Positions 1-11,154 of a stretch of 47,771 bases of DNA are shown here, one piece after another. Position 1 is the first letter of the stretch; every line of letters begins with the position of its first letter. The stretch is from NCBI GenBank assembly GCA_030167865.1, contig JALAGF010004960.1, forward strand, positions 1 through 47,771, given 5' to 3'. Source of the DNA: Craspedostauros australis (lineage: Eukaryota). A model generated the notes under the pieces. That model made no database searches and was not told the origin of the DNA. It worked only from the letters and a program-made list of their open reading frames with translations. A program made the translations under genes and the position numbers.

Positions 1-12
1 CCCCCCCCCCAG

Positions 13-439
13 ATTCCCGACGCGCGTCTTGTTGGAAGAGAACGGCATCCGCGCCACCGGCAGTTTGACGACGTTTCCGGAGATCGGTGACGCCAAGGCC
101 ATCGCCGCATTGCTCGTGCTGCGACGCGAGGCGGACACGCAGAAGGCCTACAGCAACATCATCGACGACGTGAAGGTCTCCCCCGACGGCAAGGAGCTGA
201 CGTTCCGCCTCAGGACCGAGATCGATGTGCAAAAGCCGGAGCTGCTGAAGGAGCAGACGGGGTACTCGCAGCTGTTCCGGATAACCATTGCCAAGGCCAG
301 TCTGACGTCCGGCGATGGCAACATCATGGCGGTGTTCGCGAGCGCCTTGGAGAGGGATTTCACGAACGGCGTCGATGGGCCAGCGCTGGAGGAGACGATC
401 AGCAGCTTCGTCGCCATTCCGCAGCAAGCGAAGAACTAA
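13..439 (+). CDS. 3' part (probably last exon) of a conserved algal protein, PsbP-like fold; 5' end outside the window
   Basis: Open frame RFPTRVLLEENG...IMAVFASALERDF...LEETISSF ends at TAA 437-439, followed by an AT-richer 3' region. The C-terminal L-x4-SF ending resembles PsbP-domain proteins. A possible acceptor (cAG) lies at 11-12. Confidence 0.45.
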
Positions 440-1033
440 GGATCGATCGTTCTGCCAGTTGCAAGTACTGTGCGAGTCCAAATGCAAGTAGAGTGTGACG
501 CTGCGCGTGCACGGATGCAACAATGTGCTCTGCTTTGTATTCTATTATATTATAATATGAAGTTGATTGTTTTCAGGGCAGAGCGCATTCGAGTAGAGAG
601 TTGAGGAGAGTATGATGATCTGCTCCATCCGAGTGTTGAAACCAATGCATCGTACCCTGTATAATGATAGGCCGTAGTACAGTACAGCACAGTAACAAAG
701 CAAGACGTGTGGCGGTGAGAATGGATCCAGTGAATCGCTTGGGTCACAATGTCCGTTGAGCTGTCCTTGGGTGTGACAAGCCACACAAAGATCTCCCCCA
801 CCCGCAGCCAAGAAGGCGAAATTGCCTCCCTCAACACGAGCAACGAGCACGCGTTCGCTGCAACAATGACCGCCAAGACACGACCGCGATCAACGGCAAA
901 CACAGGCTGAAGCAAGAACAAGACAAGAAAGCACACCTCGCATCCATTCGACCTCCGTCAGCAGCAGACACTCGACGCACTCTGCTCTGTCAGAATACAA
1001 TATAATATAATATTCGTGCATTCACTCAACAGC

Positions 1034-2908
1034 ATGCAAGTGGGAAATCCGTACAAACGCCAACGCCGCCACAATGGCAGAGGCACGGTGTTCATGTTGG
1101 TGGTGTACGCCATGATCGGCTTCGCCATCGTACAGGTCTTCCACCGCCCCGTCAAGGACATCACGGGATACGACGTCGACCTGATCTCCCCCACCATCGA
1201 AGACGAAGAGGCTGCCGAGCTGCGCAAGAAGCACGAACGGGAGCATGAGAAGATGGACAGCGACCTCCCTGAAACTCTTGACGACGCATCCCTGGCCGCG
1301 CCTCTCGGCGATGACGCGCCTGGCTCTGTGCAAGTCATCCAAGAGTACATGTCCTTCCATTCGGACTACGGGCTCCAGGATGGCTTGAGTGACTGCGAAC
1401 TCCTGAAGGAGCTCGATGTTGGCAAAACCGACGAATTCGAATCCTCGTGTGCGATGTTCAAGCAGCGCAAGTTCATGGTCGTGGTGCTGGATTGCATCAG
1501 CGCGGAGTCCATCCTCACCTTCCTCAGATCCATGGCCTGGGCAGTTGCCGTCGGCCGCACCGTCCTCATCCAGACGGCCACGGAGCGCTGCGTCGAGGAG
1601 CATGGCACGCAGGTCAAGTGCCACACGGACATGTGCGAAGGCCGCTACGTCGTCGATGCCACCCTTCCGACCTACTCCAAGTGGCAATCGAGCCTCGAAT
1701 TGTCCGAGCCCAAGAAAGTGTCCACCGCCAAGTTGGAGAGCAGCGACGAACAGGTCGTTCGCTTGAAGGAGGCAGGCGCGTTGAGTTCCGCTCACATCAA
1801 GGAGGAAGACTACGAGCTGACCGTCGAGACGCTCGTCGCCGACGAGGATTTGCTGTACGGTCTCATCTTCGAGAGCGTCCTGGGACTGCATGGCGATGTG
1901 GTGGCCCAGATGCAGTATTTCGACCAGATCATCGACAAGGACATCCCGGCTTACCTCCTGCAAACGGCGCAAGACAACTCGGCGAAGGCCGCGGACTGCA
2001 TCCAATCCGACATCAGAACTCACGAACAATGCGCCGTCTTTACGATCGGAGGCAACGAAGTCGATAGCAAAGCGCTGGGCGGCTGCGAGCTGTATCCGCT
2101 GGACACTTCGACAGCGCAGGCGGTGGCAACCGCGGTGGCGGTGGCCCAGACCACGATCCGCGACGGACTCATCGTGATGGAGGACACCAAATCCAGCATC
2201 GCGCAGCTGTTGGATCAGATCATCTGCTATCACGTCAAGATGGAAGGTATCGATGTCGAAGATTTTGGCTGTCTCTATGACAACGTGCCGTCGGAGCCAG
2301 CGGACGTGCAGGAGACGCACGCGGCGCCAGAGCCCATTGTGGAGGAGGAAAGTGAGGAGGAAGAGCCAATTGCCAAAAAGAAGAAGGATAAAAAGAAGAA
2401 AAAGAAAAAGAAAGTGGAGAGCGAAAGTGAGGAAGTAGAGGAAGAGGAAGCTGGTGAGGAGGAAGAGGAGGAGGAAGAGCCAATTGCCAAAAAGAAGAAG
2501 GATAAAAAGAAGAAGAAGAAAGTGGAGAGCGAAAGTGAGGAGGAAGAAGAAGAAGAAGAGGAGGAAAGTGAGGAGGAAGAGCCAATTGCCAAAAAGAAGA
2601 AGGATAAAAAGAAGAAGAAAGTGGAGAGCGAAAGTGAGGAGGAAGAAGAAGAAGAAGAAGAGGAAGCTGATAAGGAGGAGGACGAAGAGGAAGCTGAAAA
2701 GATGGATAGCGAGGAAGAGGCAGGTGCCAAGAAGACAAAGAAGAAGAAGGGCAAAAAGAAGGAAGAGAGCGAGGAGGAAGACAAGGAAGACGACGAAGAG
2801 AAGAAGGAGAGCGCAAGTGAAGAGGAAGGGAAAGCTGAAAAAGAGGATGGCGCAAGTGAGGAGGCAGCCAAGGGGGTCGAGGAGGAAGACAAGGAAGCCG
2901 TGAAGTAG
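1034..2908 (+). CDS. Type II membrane protein: N-terminal TM, degenerate fucosyltransferase-clan-like luminal domain, C-terminal poly-Glu/poly-Lys repeat tail
   Basis: First ATG at 1034. Basic N-terminus followed by TM (TVFMLVVYAMIGFAIVQVF). EYMSFHS, RKFMVV and AWAVAVGRTVLI resemble GT37/GT23-like proteins but lack the GNR motif. Long ORF with coding-type codon usage. Confidence 0.75.
   Translation: MQVGNPYKRQRRHNGRGTVFMLVVYAMIGFAIVQVFHRPVKDITGYDVDLISPTIEDEEAAELRKKHEREHEKMDSDLPETLDDASLAAPLGDDAPGSVQVIQEYMSFHSDYGLQDGLSDCELLKELDVGKTDEFESSCAMFKQRKFMVVVLDCISAESILTFLRSMAWAVAVGRTVLIQTATERCVEEHGTQVKCHTDMCEGRYVVDATLPTYSKWQSSLELSEPKKVSTAKLESSDEQVVRLKEAGALSSAHIKEEDYELTVETLVADEDLLYGLIFESVLGLHGDVVAQMQYFDQIIDKDIPAYLLQTAQDNSAKAADCIQSDIRTHEQCAVFTIGGNEVDSKALGGCELYPLDTSTAQAVATAVAVAQTTIRDGLIVMEDTKSSIAQLLDQIICYHVKMEGIDVEDFGCLYDNVPSEPADVQETHAAPEPIVEEESEEEEPIAKKKKDKKKKKKKKVESESEEVEEEEAGEEEEEEEEPIAKKKKDKKKKKKVESESEEEEEEEEEESEEEEPIAKKKKDKKKKKVESESEEEEEEEEEEADKEEDEEEAEKMDSEEEAGAKKTKKKKGKKKEESEEEDKEDDEEKKESASEEEGKAEKEDGASEEAAKGVEEEDKEAVK
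2341..2670 (+). repeat. Three imperfect coding tandem repeats (units 114 and 102 nt apart) encoding EEEEPIAKKKKDKKKKK(K)VESESEE
   Basis: GAGCCAATTGCCAAAAAGAAGAAGGATAAAAAGAAGAA recurs at 2363, 2477 and 2579. Confidence 0.9.
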
Positions 2909-3487
2909 AGACTAGGGGTGAAATGTCATGGGACTGAAGTCACGAATCATCCACTGAGAGCGAAAGGCATGTACCACTGATGCGGGTTGTTGCTGCATCA
3001 TCTTACATTGGGCAAGCCGCGGAGCCATAGCTCGTGCAGGACTCCAAAACATCGTGCAGTCTGGCACGACCTGCAAACGCACGAGGCCTTGCGCCGCGTG
3101 TTTCGATGCACGACACGGCACGAATGCAACCATCACGACAGGATACACTCTTCCACGCCACGATCCAATTTCATTGGAACACGCTGCTCCCACGCACACG
3201 AGCACGATACATGAGATAATGCATTGTATTATACATAATGATATGATCATAAGACCAAAAGGACATCATATGAACTAAAAATGAAAATGAAACACCCACG
3301 AAGTGGCTGTGTCTTATGTACTTGTATAGATGTACTTGTATGTATGGGCGTGTCTGCATGTATTGTGGTTGTAGTTGTACCTGTACTTGTGCGCCTTTTT
3401 GTGCTCGCGACGTGATCTGATGTTGTTGTCGATGTTGCAACTGTTCACGTTGCATCTCGAGCTGTCTAATACTATTGATGCATTCAT

Positions 3488-4042
3488 TCACTGCGGCATC
3501 TGACCTTCCTTCCCCGAGATCCATCCCTGCAGCAGCCCATCGGCTGGCAACACGCCTTCCCGAGCGGCATAGGCCAAGCCCGCGATGGAATCGACCACGC
3601 AGTCCTGATGGCACAGCCGCTGACGATCCAGCATGCCTTCCAGCGCCACCTTCTGCGCCTGCCGTTCTCCATCCTCCAATGCTCGCTGCATGGCGAGGAC
3701 GAGATCGTCTTGATCGCACGAGGCGCATCCCGTGCTGCTGTCGATATCGTCGTGCCATTCGGTATCGTGTGACGATTGAGGAGGGCTCATGATGTATTCG
3801 ACGAAGGGCTGGATTGTGGAGGTGATGGCAGAGAGGGGAGCGGACAAGGCGAGCGCGTAGTCGTGTGATTGTGGATGCGATCTGTCTTCGTGGTGTGTTT
3901 GCGGATGTGATTGCATTATGACCTCTTGCCTGTGTCTGTGGTGTGTGGTGTGGTCTGGATTCTGGCGATGGTGCTGCGTGGCTCTGCGTTGGTGATGATT
4001 GCGGCGGTGATGATGCTGCGGACCGTCGTTGCTGACGTTCAA
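3488..4042 (-). CDS. Possible terminal exon of a hypothetical protein
   Basis: 184-codon frame with a protein-like C-terminal half (DLVLAMQRALEDGERQAQKVALEGMLDRQRL), followed by AT-rich 3'-UTR-like sequence. No family recognised and no start resolved. Confidence 0.25.
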   Translation of the reverse strand: MNVSNDGPQHHHRRNHHQRRATQHHRQNPDHTTHHRHRQEVIMQSHPQTHHEDRSHPQSHDYALALSAPLSAITSTIQPFVEYIMSPPQSSHDTEWHDDIDSSTGCASCDQDDLVLAMQRALEDGERQAQKVALEGMLDRQRLCHQDCVVDSIAGLAYAAREGVLPADGLLQGWISGKEGQMPQ

Positions 4043-6275
4043 TGATTAACCTTGCTTGATCGTCGTTGTGGTGACCGTTGTCGTCGTGTTCGTTGCGGAG
4101 CCGGTGATCGATCACCTTCGTTTGGGAATGAAAGGCTGCAGTCTTTTTGCCTTCCTTGTTTGACGCTATTCGGCCAGCAACGATTCGGATCCTTGTCTCG
4201 TTGCCAAATTGTGATCGTGGAAAATGAATCGATTGTTCTGGTCGGTATCGCGGATCGCCAAAGAGACGAGGGATCGCCTCCATCGATCTCTTTCTCACCA
4301 CATCGTCTCCGTTGATGTTTCGCTCGGTTGAAACGTTTCGTTTTCGTTCCTTCGGAGGGAACATTCGATGATGAGTCGAAAGACGAAGACGGTCTTTCCT
4401 GCACGACTGGGTGCACGAAGTCGTGAACTTGAAATGTCATTCGATCTCGCGAAAGGTCTTTGAATGAATCACATGGGTCGTTTGATTCGAACAAATCCAG
4501 TGGTTCGTTCGTGTGACGCTCAATGTCCGTGTGTTTCCGTTTTGGCGATCGGCGCTTCCCGATCCGTTTCGTTGTTGAGCAACTCCGGGTTGTGACAGCG
4601 TGCGAGGAGGTAGAGAACAGTGAAGCGCAGCGCAGTGCAGCGAAGAGCGTTACATGTGGTACGGCCATCACTGTTGCGATGAACTGCGCAGACTACGAGT
4701 ATTGCCAAGAGATTTCGATGGTTCAGCTCGTATGGTCGAGCTTGATCATGTGGACTTTCGTACCCGCCCATTGCGCACAACCATGTTCGTCTCGATGCCG
4801 TTGGCTATCGCGATTGTCGATGTGATTGTTCATGTGTCGCATCTGTTGTCGTTTGTGACTGGATGATCCTTGACGACCATGCGCCAACAAAATGAGACGG
4901 TACGCTCGTTGGTGCCTTAAATGAGAGTGTCACCATGTCGTACGATCTTCCGATGCAGGGGAGGGAGGCTCCCCAACATCGCAACGACGAACAGATGTGG
5001 TTGCGTTGTCGTCACCCGCGTGGATAAATCTGTCGTACGCGTATGCGTAGTCCGAATCGTTGTATGGGAAGAAAGAAGGCGACATTGGCGTTGACGTTAT
5101 TTGCTGTTGCGAATGCTGTTCGTGTTGGTGGTTTTGGCGCTGTTTGGCGTTATTTCTGAGGTTTTTGCGGGGTTCGCCCTGCCTGCGCGTTGTTGCTTTT
5201 TGTGAATTTCGTGACCGCCCCACGTGCTGAAACGTCACCTGTCAAGACGGCATGGCGACACGATGGCAAAGAATGAAAGAAAGAGCGGCAAATGGGAGAA
5301 GCACTTCCAATTGCGACGCTGCGCGAGTACAAGTACTGGCACTCTTGCTGTGAGCACTGTGTGGGAAGAGTGGGAAGAGCAAGACAGCAGCAGAAGAACA
5401 GCCAAGAGAGCCGTAAAACGTGCTGGAACAACAACAGCAACAGCAGCAACAACAGCAGTTCCGGCACCAAGGACAGATACGGATACGCATACTCGTGTTG
5501 TACCGCACGAATCACTGCCCTTGCAAGGGAAGAGTGGACTGCAGCACAGAAATACCAATACTGCGGAGGCCACTGAGGCTGCGAAGGATACCGGAAGCTG
5601 AAAGGCAAAGCAGCAATCAAACAGTCAGACAACTTAGCAATCAACCAAGCAAGCAACCAAACCTCTCCAGGTGGGGAAGCTGAACTGACAGGGGTGTTCC
5701 AAGCCGAGCATTAGCATCTGAGAAGACCAAGAGAGTCAACACAACGCAATCAACCCCAAAGAGCTGATCCAATCAACCATTCCTGTTGTCACGAAGAGAA
5801 GCACACAAGGACACAGTCAGACAGACAGTGAAGGCATCAGCAGAGCTTCATCTCCAAGCACTCTCGGAAGCGCAGGTTGCTTACGAATAGAGTAGAGTAG
5901 AGTGTCAGTGAAGTGTCGGCAGAGTGTTCTGTCTCCGTGGCATTCCCATCACCAGCATCGGTGAAGCAACGACAGAGGCAACAGAGTTGACGCCAAGACT
6001 CCCGACGCCTCCCACTCGCACTATCGCTCACAATCCACCACTTCAACCTCACAAAAGATCACACCGCAGAACAGAGAGAAATTCTGAGACGCCAGATCAG
6101 CATCGCAAGAGAACCCAACATCACGGCCGATTCTTCCTTCGTCTGCTGCCGTCCTTTGCTATTGTGCGATCTACCGCACTACCGCACTGCCGTACTCTCT
6201 GCGACTATCGCTGTTGCTTCGGAAGTGGAGGCGCAGCGCCCAAACTGCCACTTGTCGATCAACCCAGGGTGAACC

Positions 6276-9200
6276 ATGCTGGCCGACATCTACATGCCGA
6301 CAGGCAACGATGCTCTTCAACCATCGCTCTCGGCGCAATATCAACAGCAACAACGGCAGCAACAAGAGCCAGAACAGGACGGGGAGAGGATCAGCAGCAA
6401 GGGGGACATTGGCAGAGACAGCGCCAGCATTCCTTCCACTCCCATTGGTACTTCCATTGGCACTTCCATTGGTTCTCCTATGCACGCATCGCCGCATTCG
6501 TCACCACAATCATCACCACAGGCATCAACTAACGTATCTATGAACCTGTCACTTCAACAGCGACTCGGTCAGGACACATCATCTCTGATGCCTCTGCCGC
6601 AGTCTCTGCTTGCCACCACGGCGTCCAAGCCAACAAAGATCATGCACAACAAGTCTTCAACCCTCTCGAGCATGACGTCCTCATCCGCCTCGTCCACGAC
6701 ATCATCTTCGTCATCATCCTCGCTCTCGCCTCCACTTATATCTCGCCGAACAGATATCGAAGGGCGTGACAATGACGACAATCATGACAATCACGACGAC
6801 GATGGATCCATTGACACCACCTCTCTATCCGTGTCTCCACTATCCATCTTCCCAACACAACACATAACGACGGCTTCACTCCTGCAACATCGCGTCGGTG
6901 CCCATCGTTCCCAACTCGATGATCCTGTTGGTGATCCCAAAGACAAACCCCTCATGATGGATGCGATTCAAACCAAATCGGGCAGCCCGCATGCTGCGAA
7001 AGATATCCATGTTGACGCAGCAGCCGCGGCAGTGAGTACCTCGTCGTTTGTGTCTCGTGACAGCAACGTTCCACGCGATGACAAGAACGGAAACAGCAAG
7101 CAGCCAAACGCAAAGTCTTTCCTTGCACCCGTTATGAGTGGTGGAAGTACTGCCAGCGATACCTTCGGCTCGCAACCCAGCGCGGCACAGCAACAACAGC
7201 GCCATCCACAACAACAGTCACAGCGTAGCAAGCACTTTCACCTTTGCCAGACTGTCAGCACGAGCTACGACGAGGAAGATTTCTTGTACAGCGACGACAG
7301 CGGCAGCTTCTCAGACGCCTACTTCCAACCGCGTCAAAGCAACGAATTCAAAGCTGGGGCGATGCCCACGTCTCTCGCAACGACGCCGAGCGCATCGTCG
7401 TCACAGGACACATCGTCCTTCGAGTATTCATCGCCGCCGACGCATCCAAGCATTGCCCACCAGCCGTTGCTCCAATCTGCCCGCTCCGACGCGCCTTCAT
7501 TGCGTGCCATGTCCGCAGAACATTCATCGTCCGAACGCAGCACCACCATGTATTATGATTGTATGCAACCGTACCAATATCAACAACAACAGCGTTATCA
7601 TCCCCAACAGCACATGCTTCCGATGCATTTCAACCAGCACAACGGCATGTACTATGGACAACTGCCTGGAATGTTCTTCCATCACCATTACGTTGCCTAT
7701 CACAACCAAGGTCAACCCCAAACGCAGCACTACCAGTATCAGCAGCAGCAACCACAACAACATGAACAGCATGAGCAGCACCGTCATGGATATCAACAGT
7801 CCATGTCCTACGCCACGTTCCTTCCCAACACAAACAGCAACGACGATCATGACAATGACAACGATGATGACAACGATGATGATAGCATGAAGGCACTGGC
7901 ATCGGATCACAACAGCCTCCGCAACACGAGAACTGGCAAGCGGAACAGGCACAAGCAGAAGCAGAGGCGTCGCAGGTCACAGCGAGATGGATTGTTCCTG
8001 GATTCGCACGAAGGATTCACACCACAGCAGAACGCAAACTGCAACGACCCGCTCTTTGCATTCATCTTCCTCCTCCAGCTCATCTTCGTCTTCTCCTTGG
8101 CGGTTCAGTACGACTGGAACGACGAGGACACATTCAGGATGACGACACCCTCCGACATGGACGCCGGAAACACTTTCCCAAACTCTTTCACGATCGATGG
8201 TCGCAACGTGGTCAACGTCCTGTGGAGCTCGGGTTTGTACACCATTGCTATTTCCTACCTCACCGTCGGCTTCTTCATCATCGTAGGCCCATCCGTCCTG
8301 ATCGTCATCCTCATAGCGACCATCCTCGTGCTGGCGTTCATGGCGTGCGCATCGTTACACTTGTGGGACAGCGCAACACGCGCAGACGCAAACGTGATTC
8401 TGCCACAAGTCTGCACGGGCGTCACGTGCATCGCGCTGATCGCGGTCATTATGTACACCATTCGCAATTGGGAGGCAACGCGCGCCATGTCGAATGCCGT
8501 TGTGGCCACCGAAGAAGTCGCCGAACAGGACGACTCCAAGCAGAACCAGCAACTGAAGCAAGAGGATGGTGGGAATGCGGAAGCGCTGCCAAACAAGGCG
8601 GCGACATCGTCCACGACGCAGCCGGCGACGATACAGAGGACAGAATCCACGATTATAACGGCGACTGCGGTCCCGTACTTCGACGCTGCAATCCACATCC
8701 TCCGATCCTCGGCGAACATCATCTTGCTGGGCACAGCAACGATCGCGGTCGCGTTGTGCTACTATTGCACGTGGTCCATCGCGCTGATCGGATACGTCGA
8801 CTCCGAGGTCCTCACAACCACCAACATCTTCCTGCTTTGCGTCAGCTTCTATTGGACCAACATGGTCATTCAGAACATCATCCGCGTCACAATCTCCAAC
8901 ATCATCATTGACGAATTCTTCGATGCCACGCAGGCCGCACAGCATCAGGGATCGCAGGATGGATACCAGCATCGGTGCAGGTGCTGTGCCATCGGACCGG
9001 CGCTGGGGCAATCCTTGACGCGCAAATTGGGATCGATATGCTTCGGCGGTCTCCTTTCGCCACCCGTGGAAACGGCGCTCATGATCTGGGATGCCTTCAC
9101 CTTCCCCGCCTGCAAGGAACGGCAGCCGCTGTCCTTCCTGCGGCAGTTCAACGAATGGGCCTACTACAACGTCGGCATTTACGGGTGCAGCTTCTTGGAG

Positions 9201-9620
9201 GGTGGCAGGATGGCCGTGGACCAGCATGTCTCCCACATCCTCTCCACCGACACCACCATCCTTCGCATTCGGACCATCCTGTACATGGCATCCTTCCTCA
9301 TCGCCGTGACGTCAGGATGCTTCGCGATCGTCGTCGAAGAGATGGATGGGTACACCTTCACGAGCTTTGGCAAACCAATCGCCACGTCGTTCGGGATCGG
9401 GTTTGTGGCCGGCATCCTGTTGTCCCAAGTGTTGATCCTGGGCGTGGTGGGCAGCATCGTCAGCTCCATGTACGTCGGCCATGTTCTATGGTACGCGCAG
9501 CAAATGGAACAGTCCTCGTTCCCAAACGGCGATGGACTTGACTTGGGCGTGAATGACATCGAGGACAAGAGCAACAACGACGGCCGGGAACCGGTATCGG
9601 AAACGTCGCGGTTGGTATGA
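6276..9620 (+). CDS. Choline transporter-like protein (CTL/SLC44/Pns1 family) with long disordered N-terminus
   Basis: 1114 aa with multiple TM segments. Family motifs CNDPLFAFIF, SFYWTNMVIQNIIRVT, LTRKLGSICFGGLL, FNEWAYYNVGIYGCSFLEGG. Confidence 0.85.
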   Translation: MLADIYMPTGNDALQPSLSAQYQQQQRQQQEPEQDGERISSKGDIGRDSASIPSTPIGTSIGTSIGSPMHASPHSSPQSSPQASTNVSMNLSLQQRLGQDTSSLMPLPQSLLATTASKPTKIMHNKSSTLSSMTSSSASSTTSSSSSSSLSPPLISRRTDIEGRDNDDNHDNHDDDGSIDTTSLSVSPLSIFPTQHITTASLLQHRVGAHRSQLDDPVGDPKDKPLMMDAIQTKSGSPHAAKDIHVDAAAAAVSTSSFVSRDSNVPRDDKNGNSKQPNAKSFLAPVMSGGSTASDTFGSQPSAAQQQQRHPQQQSQRSKHFHLCQTVSTSYDEEDFLYSDDSGSFSDAYFQPRQSNEFKAGAMPTSLATTPSASSSQDTSSFEYSSPPTHPSIAHQPLLQSARSDAPSLRAMSAEHSSSERSTTMYYDCMQPYQYQQQQRYHPQQHMLPMHFNQHNGMYYGQLPGMFFHHHYVAYHNQGQPQTQHYQYQQQQPQQHEQHEQHRHGYQQSMSYATFLPNTNSNDDHDNDNDDDNDDDSMKALASDHNSLRNTRTGKRNRHKQKQRRRRSQRDGLFLDSHEGFTPQQNANCNDPLFAFIFLLQLIFVFSLAVQYDWNDEDTFRMTTPSDMDAGNTFPNSFTIDGRNVVNVLWSSGLYTIAISYLTVGFFIIVGPSVLIVILIATILVLAFMACASLHLWDSATRADANVILPQVCTGVTCIALIAVIMYTIRNWEATRAMSNAVVATEEVAEQDDSKQNQQLKQEDGGNAEALPNKAATSSTTQPATIQRTESTIITATAVPYFDAAIHILRSSANIILLGTATIAVALCYYCTWSIALIGYVDSEVLTTTNIFLLCVSFYWTNMVIQNIIRVTISNIIIDEFFDATQAAQHQGSQDGYQHRCRCCAIGPALGQSLTRKLGSICFGGLLSPPVETALMIWDAFTFPACKERQPLSFLRQFNEWAYYNVGIYGCSFLEGGRMAVDQHVSHILSTDTTILRIRTILYMASFLIAVTSGCFAIVVEEMDGYTFTSFGKPIATSFGIGFVAGILLSQVLILGVVGSIVSSMYVGHVLWYAQQMEQSSFPNGDGLDLGVNDIEDKSNNDGREPVSETSRLV

Positions 9621-10818
9621 ACTCCAGTCTCCACGTGCGAGTACTCTATGTGACGACGAATGAGAGGACAAATGCCTCGAAAGGAATGGCAACAACGAAA
9701 AAAGGAGAAGGAAACTGAGAGTTATGGCACGCAGATTCCAGGTGGACCAAAAGGATGGACAAGAGGCAAGGCCCAGGACATGGCTTGGGACCTGTGCCAG
9801 AGACAAACGCAGTGTTGGAAGCCTCAATATTGCGTCATGTATTTTAATTGTTTGTGGGAGTATTGGTCATGATATGTGAACCATACTCCTTTCCTCCACG
9901 TCGGAGGTCAGTATCATGTAATACTTGTGTGTGAAGACGCGAGCGCGCAAGCATCCCAACATCCCATCAACTTTGTTAACTATGCGGATGGAATGCTTGT
10001 TTAGTGCAATGTGACAGATTATAATTCAAAAGATCATGCTGCCTCCGAAGTAGAAGGTAGAAGTTTTGCAAAGAGCGATACTACCAAAAGTAATGTATGT
10101 ACGAATAGTGCAATAGGACTTGATTCTTTTCGTCCTCAAGCATGGCTGAAATGCATCGATTATCCAGGATCCGATGGTCCTCGTGCTGTAGTCGTCCGCA
10201 TGACATGGTGTGGCGCAGTACAGATGCTCTGGCCACATCATTTTATCTGTCGACAGATACTCATAGCCGTACATGTGGGAGTTCTGCTGATATGTACAAT
10301 AGTTGGCTCGCGTCAAGCCATAGAAGTGGAGGGAACCTGCGCAATGGGCCGCGGTTGTGAGAGGTAGAGGAGGATCTATGATTGCTTTTTGTGGTGGTGG
10401 AGCGTCTCTCTCCAGCGTGCGAGCAGTTATGCATTCGTGTGCACAAACATTGTCGATGCTCTGTCTTGGAACACGATGTGATCCCTTCGAAGAATTGCCG
10501 GCGGAGAAAACTCTTGTTGATGCTGTTCAATGCTTCTGCACGGATCATTCCTGATTGGTGGACTTGTCCCGTCCAATATCATACGACTCACATGGCGCGC
10601 ACGGTAGCAGCACATCGAAACCGGCCTTGGCCCTGTACCATCCCATCACTTCCAAAGGCGTTTGTGTTCTACGGTGCTTTCATTTCTGCGACCTCCATTC
10701 GCTCATTCATCTTTTCATTTCCTCTTCTATTCGTCCGCAACCATCGATAGACGCTCCCAGTGGAGCTCGCTGTTGCACTCTGCCGTCTCTCTCTATACAT
10801 ATATCTCTATCTATCTCT

Positions 10819-11154
10819 CTAGGATATGTCGAGATCTTCACCAAACTTCTCGACCGCCGAGAAGACATTCTCATCCATCCATGACTCCACCCTCCGTTCG
10901 ATCTCCGCTCTCGCCTTCTTCTTGACCAGCAAATGCGTGGCATCGAGGTCTTCGATGATGAACTTCTTGTCCACGGCCTTCATCTCGTTCAAGTACTGGA
11001 TGTACTGCTTGGTCGGAACATCGCAAGTGATGAGGTATCCCGCGGACGCAGGAGCGTCGGACGTGTGCGCCGGATTGCGTCTGGAAGGCGATACCGACGA
11101 CGACTTGGCGCTTGATTTGCGCGATGACGATTCGCCGCTCTTTCGCGACGGCAT
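10819..11154 (-). CDS. TFB5: TFIIH subunit p8 / TTD-A (GTF2H5)
   Basis: GYLITCDVPTKQYI...FIIEDLDATHLLV...MDENVFS matches the Tfb5 signature G-x-L-x-x-CD...FII-x-DLD-x-x-HL. Confidence 0.9.
   Translation of the reverse strand: MPSRKSGESSSRKSSAKSSSVSPSRRNPAHTSDAPASAGYLITCDVPTKQYIQYLNEMKAVDKKFIIEDLDATHLLVKKKARAEIERRVESWMDENVFSAVEKFGEDLDIS

Noticed and set aside
1-10. Poly-C run at the window edge as telomere or PPT
   Set aside because: No context available; it fits an intron pyrimidine tract before an AG acceptor.
2341-2908. Repeats considered as a CRISPR-like or satellite array
   Set aside because: In-frame coding low-complexity repeats without unique spacers; eukaryotic context with no cas genes.
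4039-5700. Several overlapping 90-210 aa ORFs
   Set aside because: Simple-repeat rich, no family motifs, and no consistent splice model could be built.
9621-10818. 1.2-kb gap between convergent genes scanned for ncRNA or small genes
   Set aside because: No tRNA, snRNA or protein motif recognised by eye.
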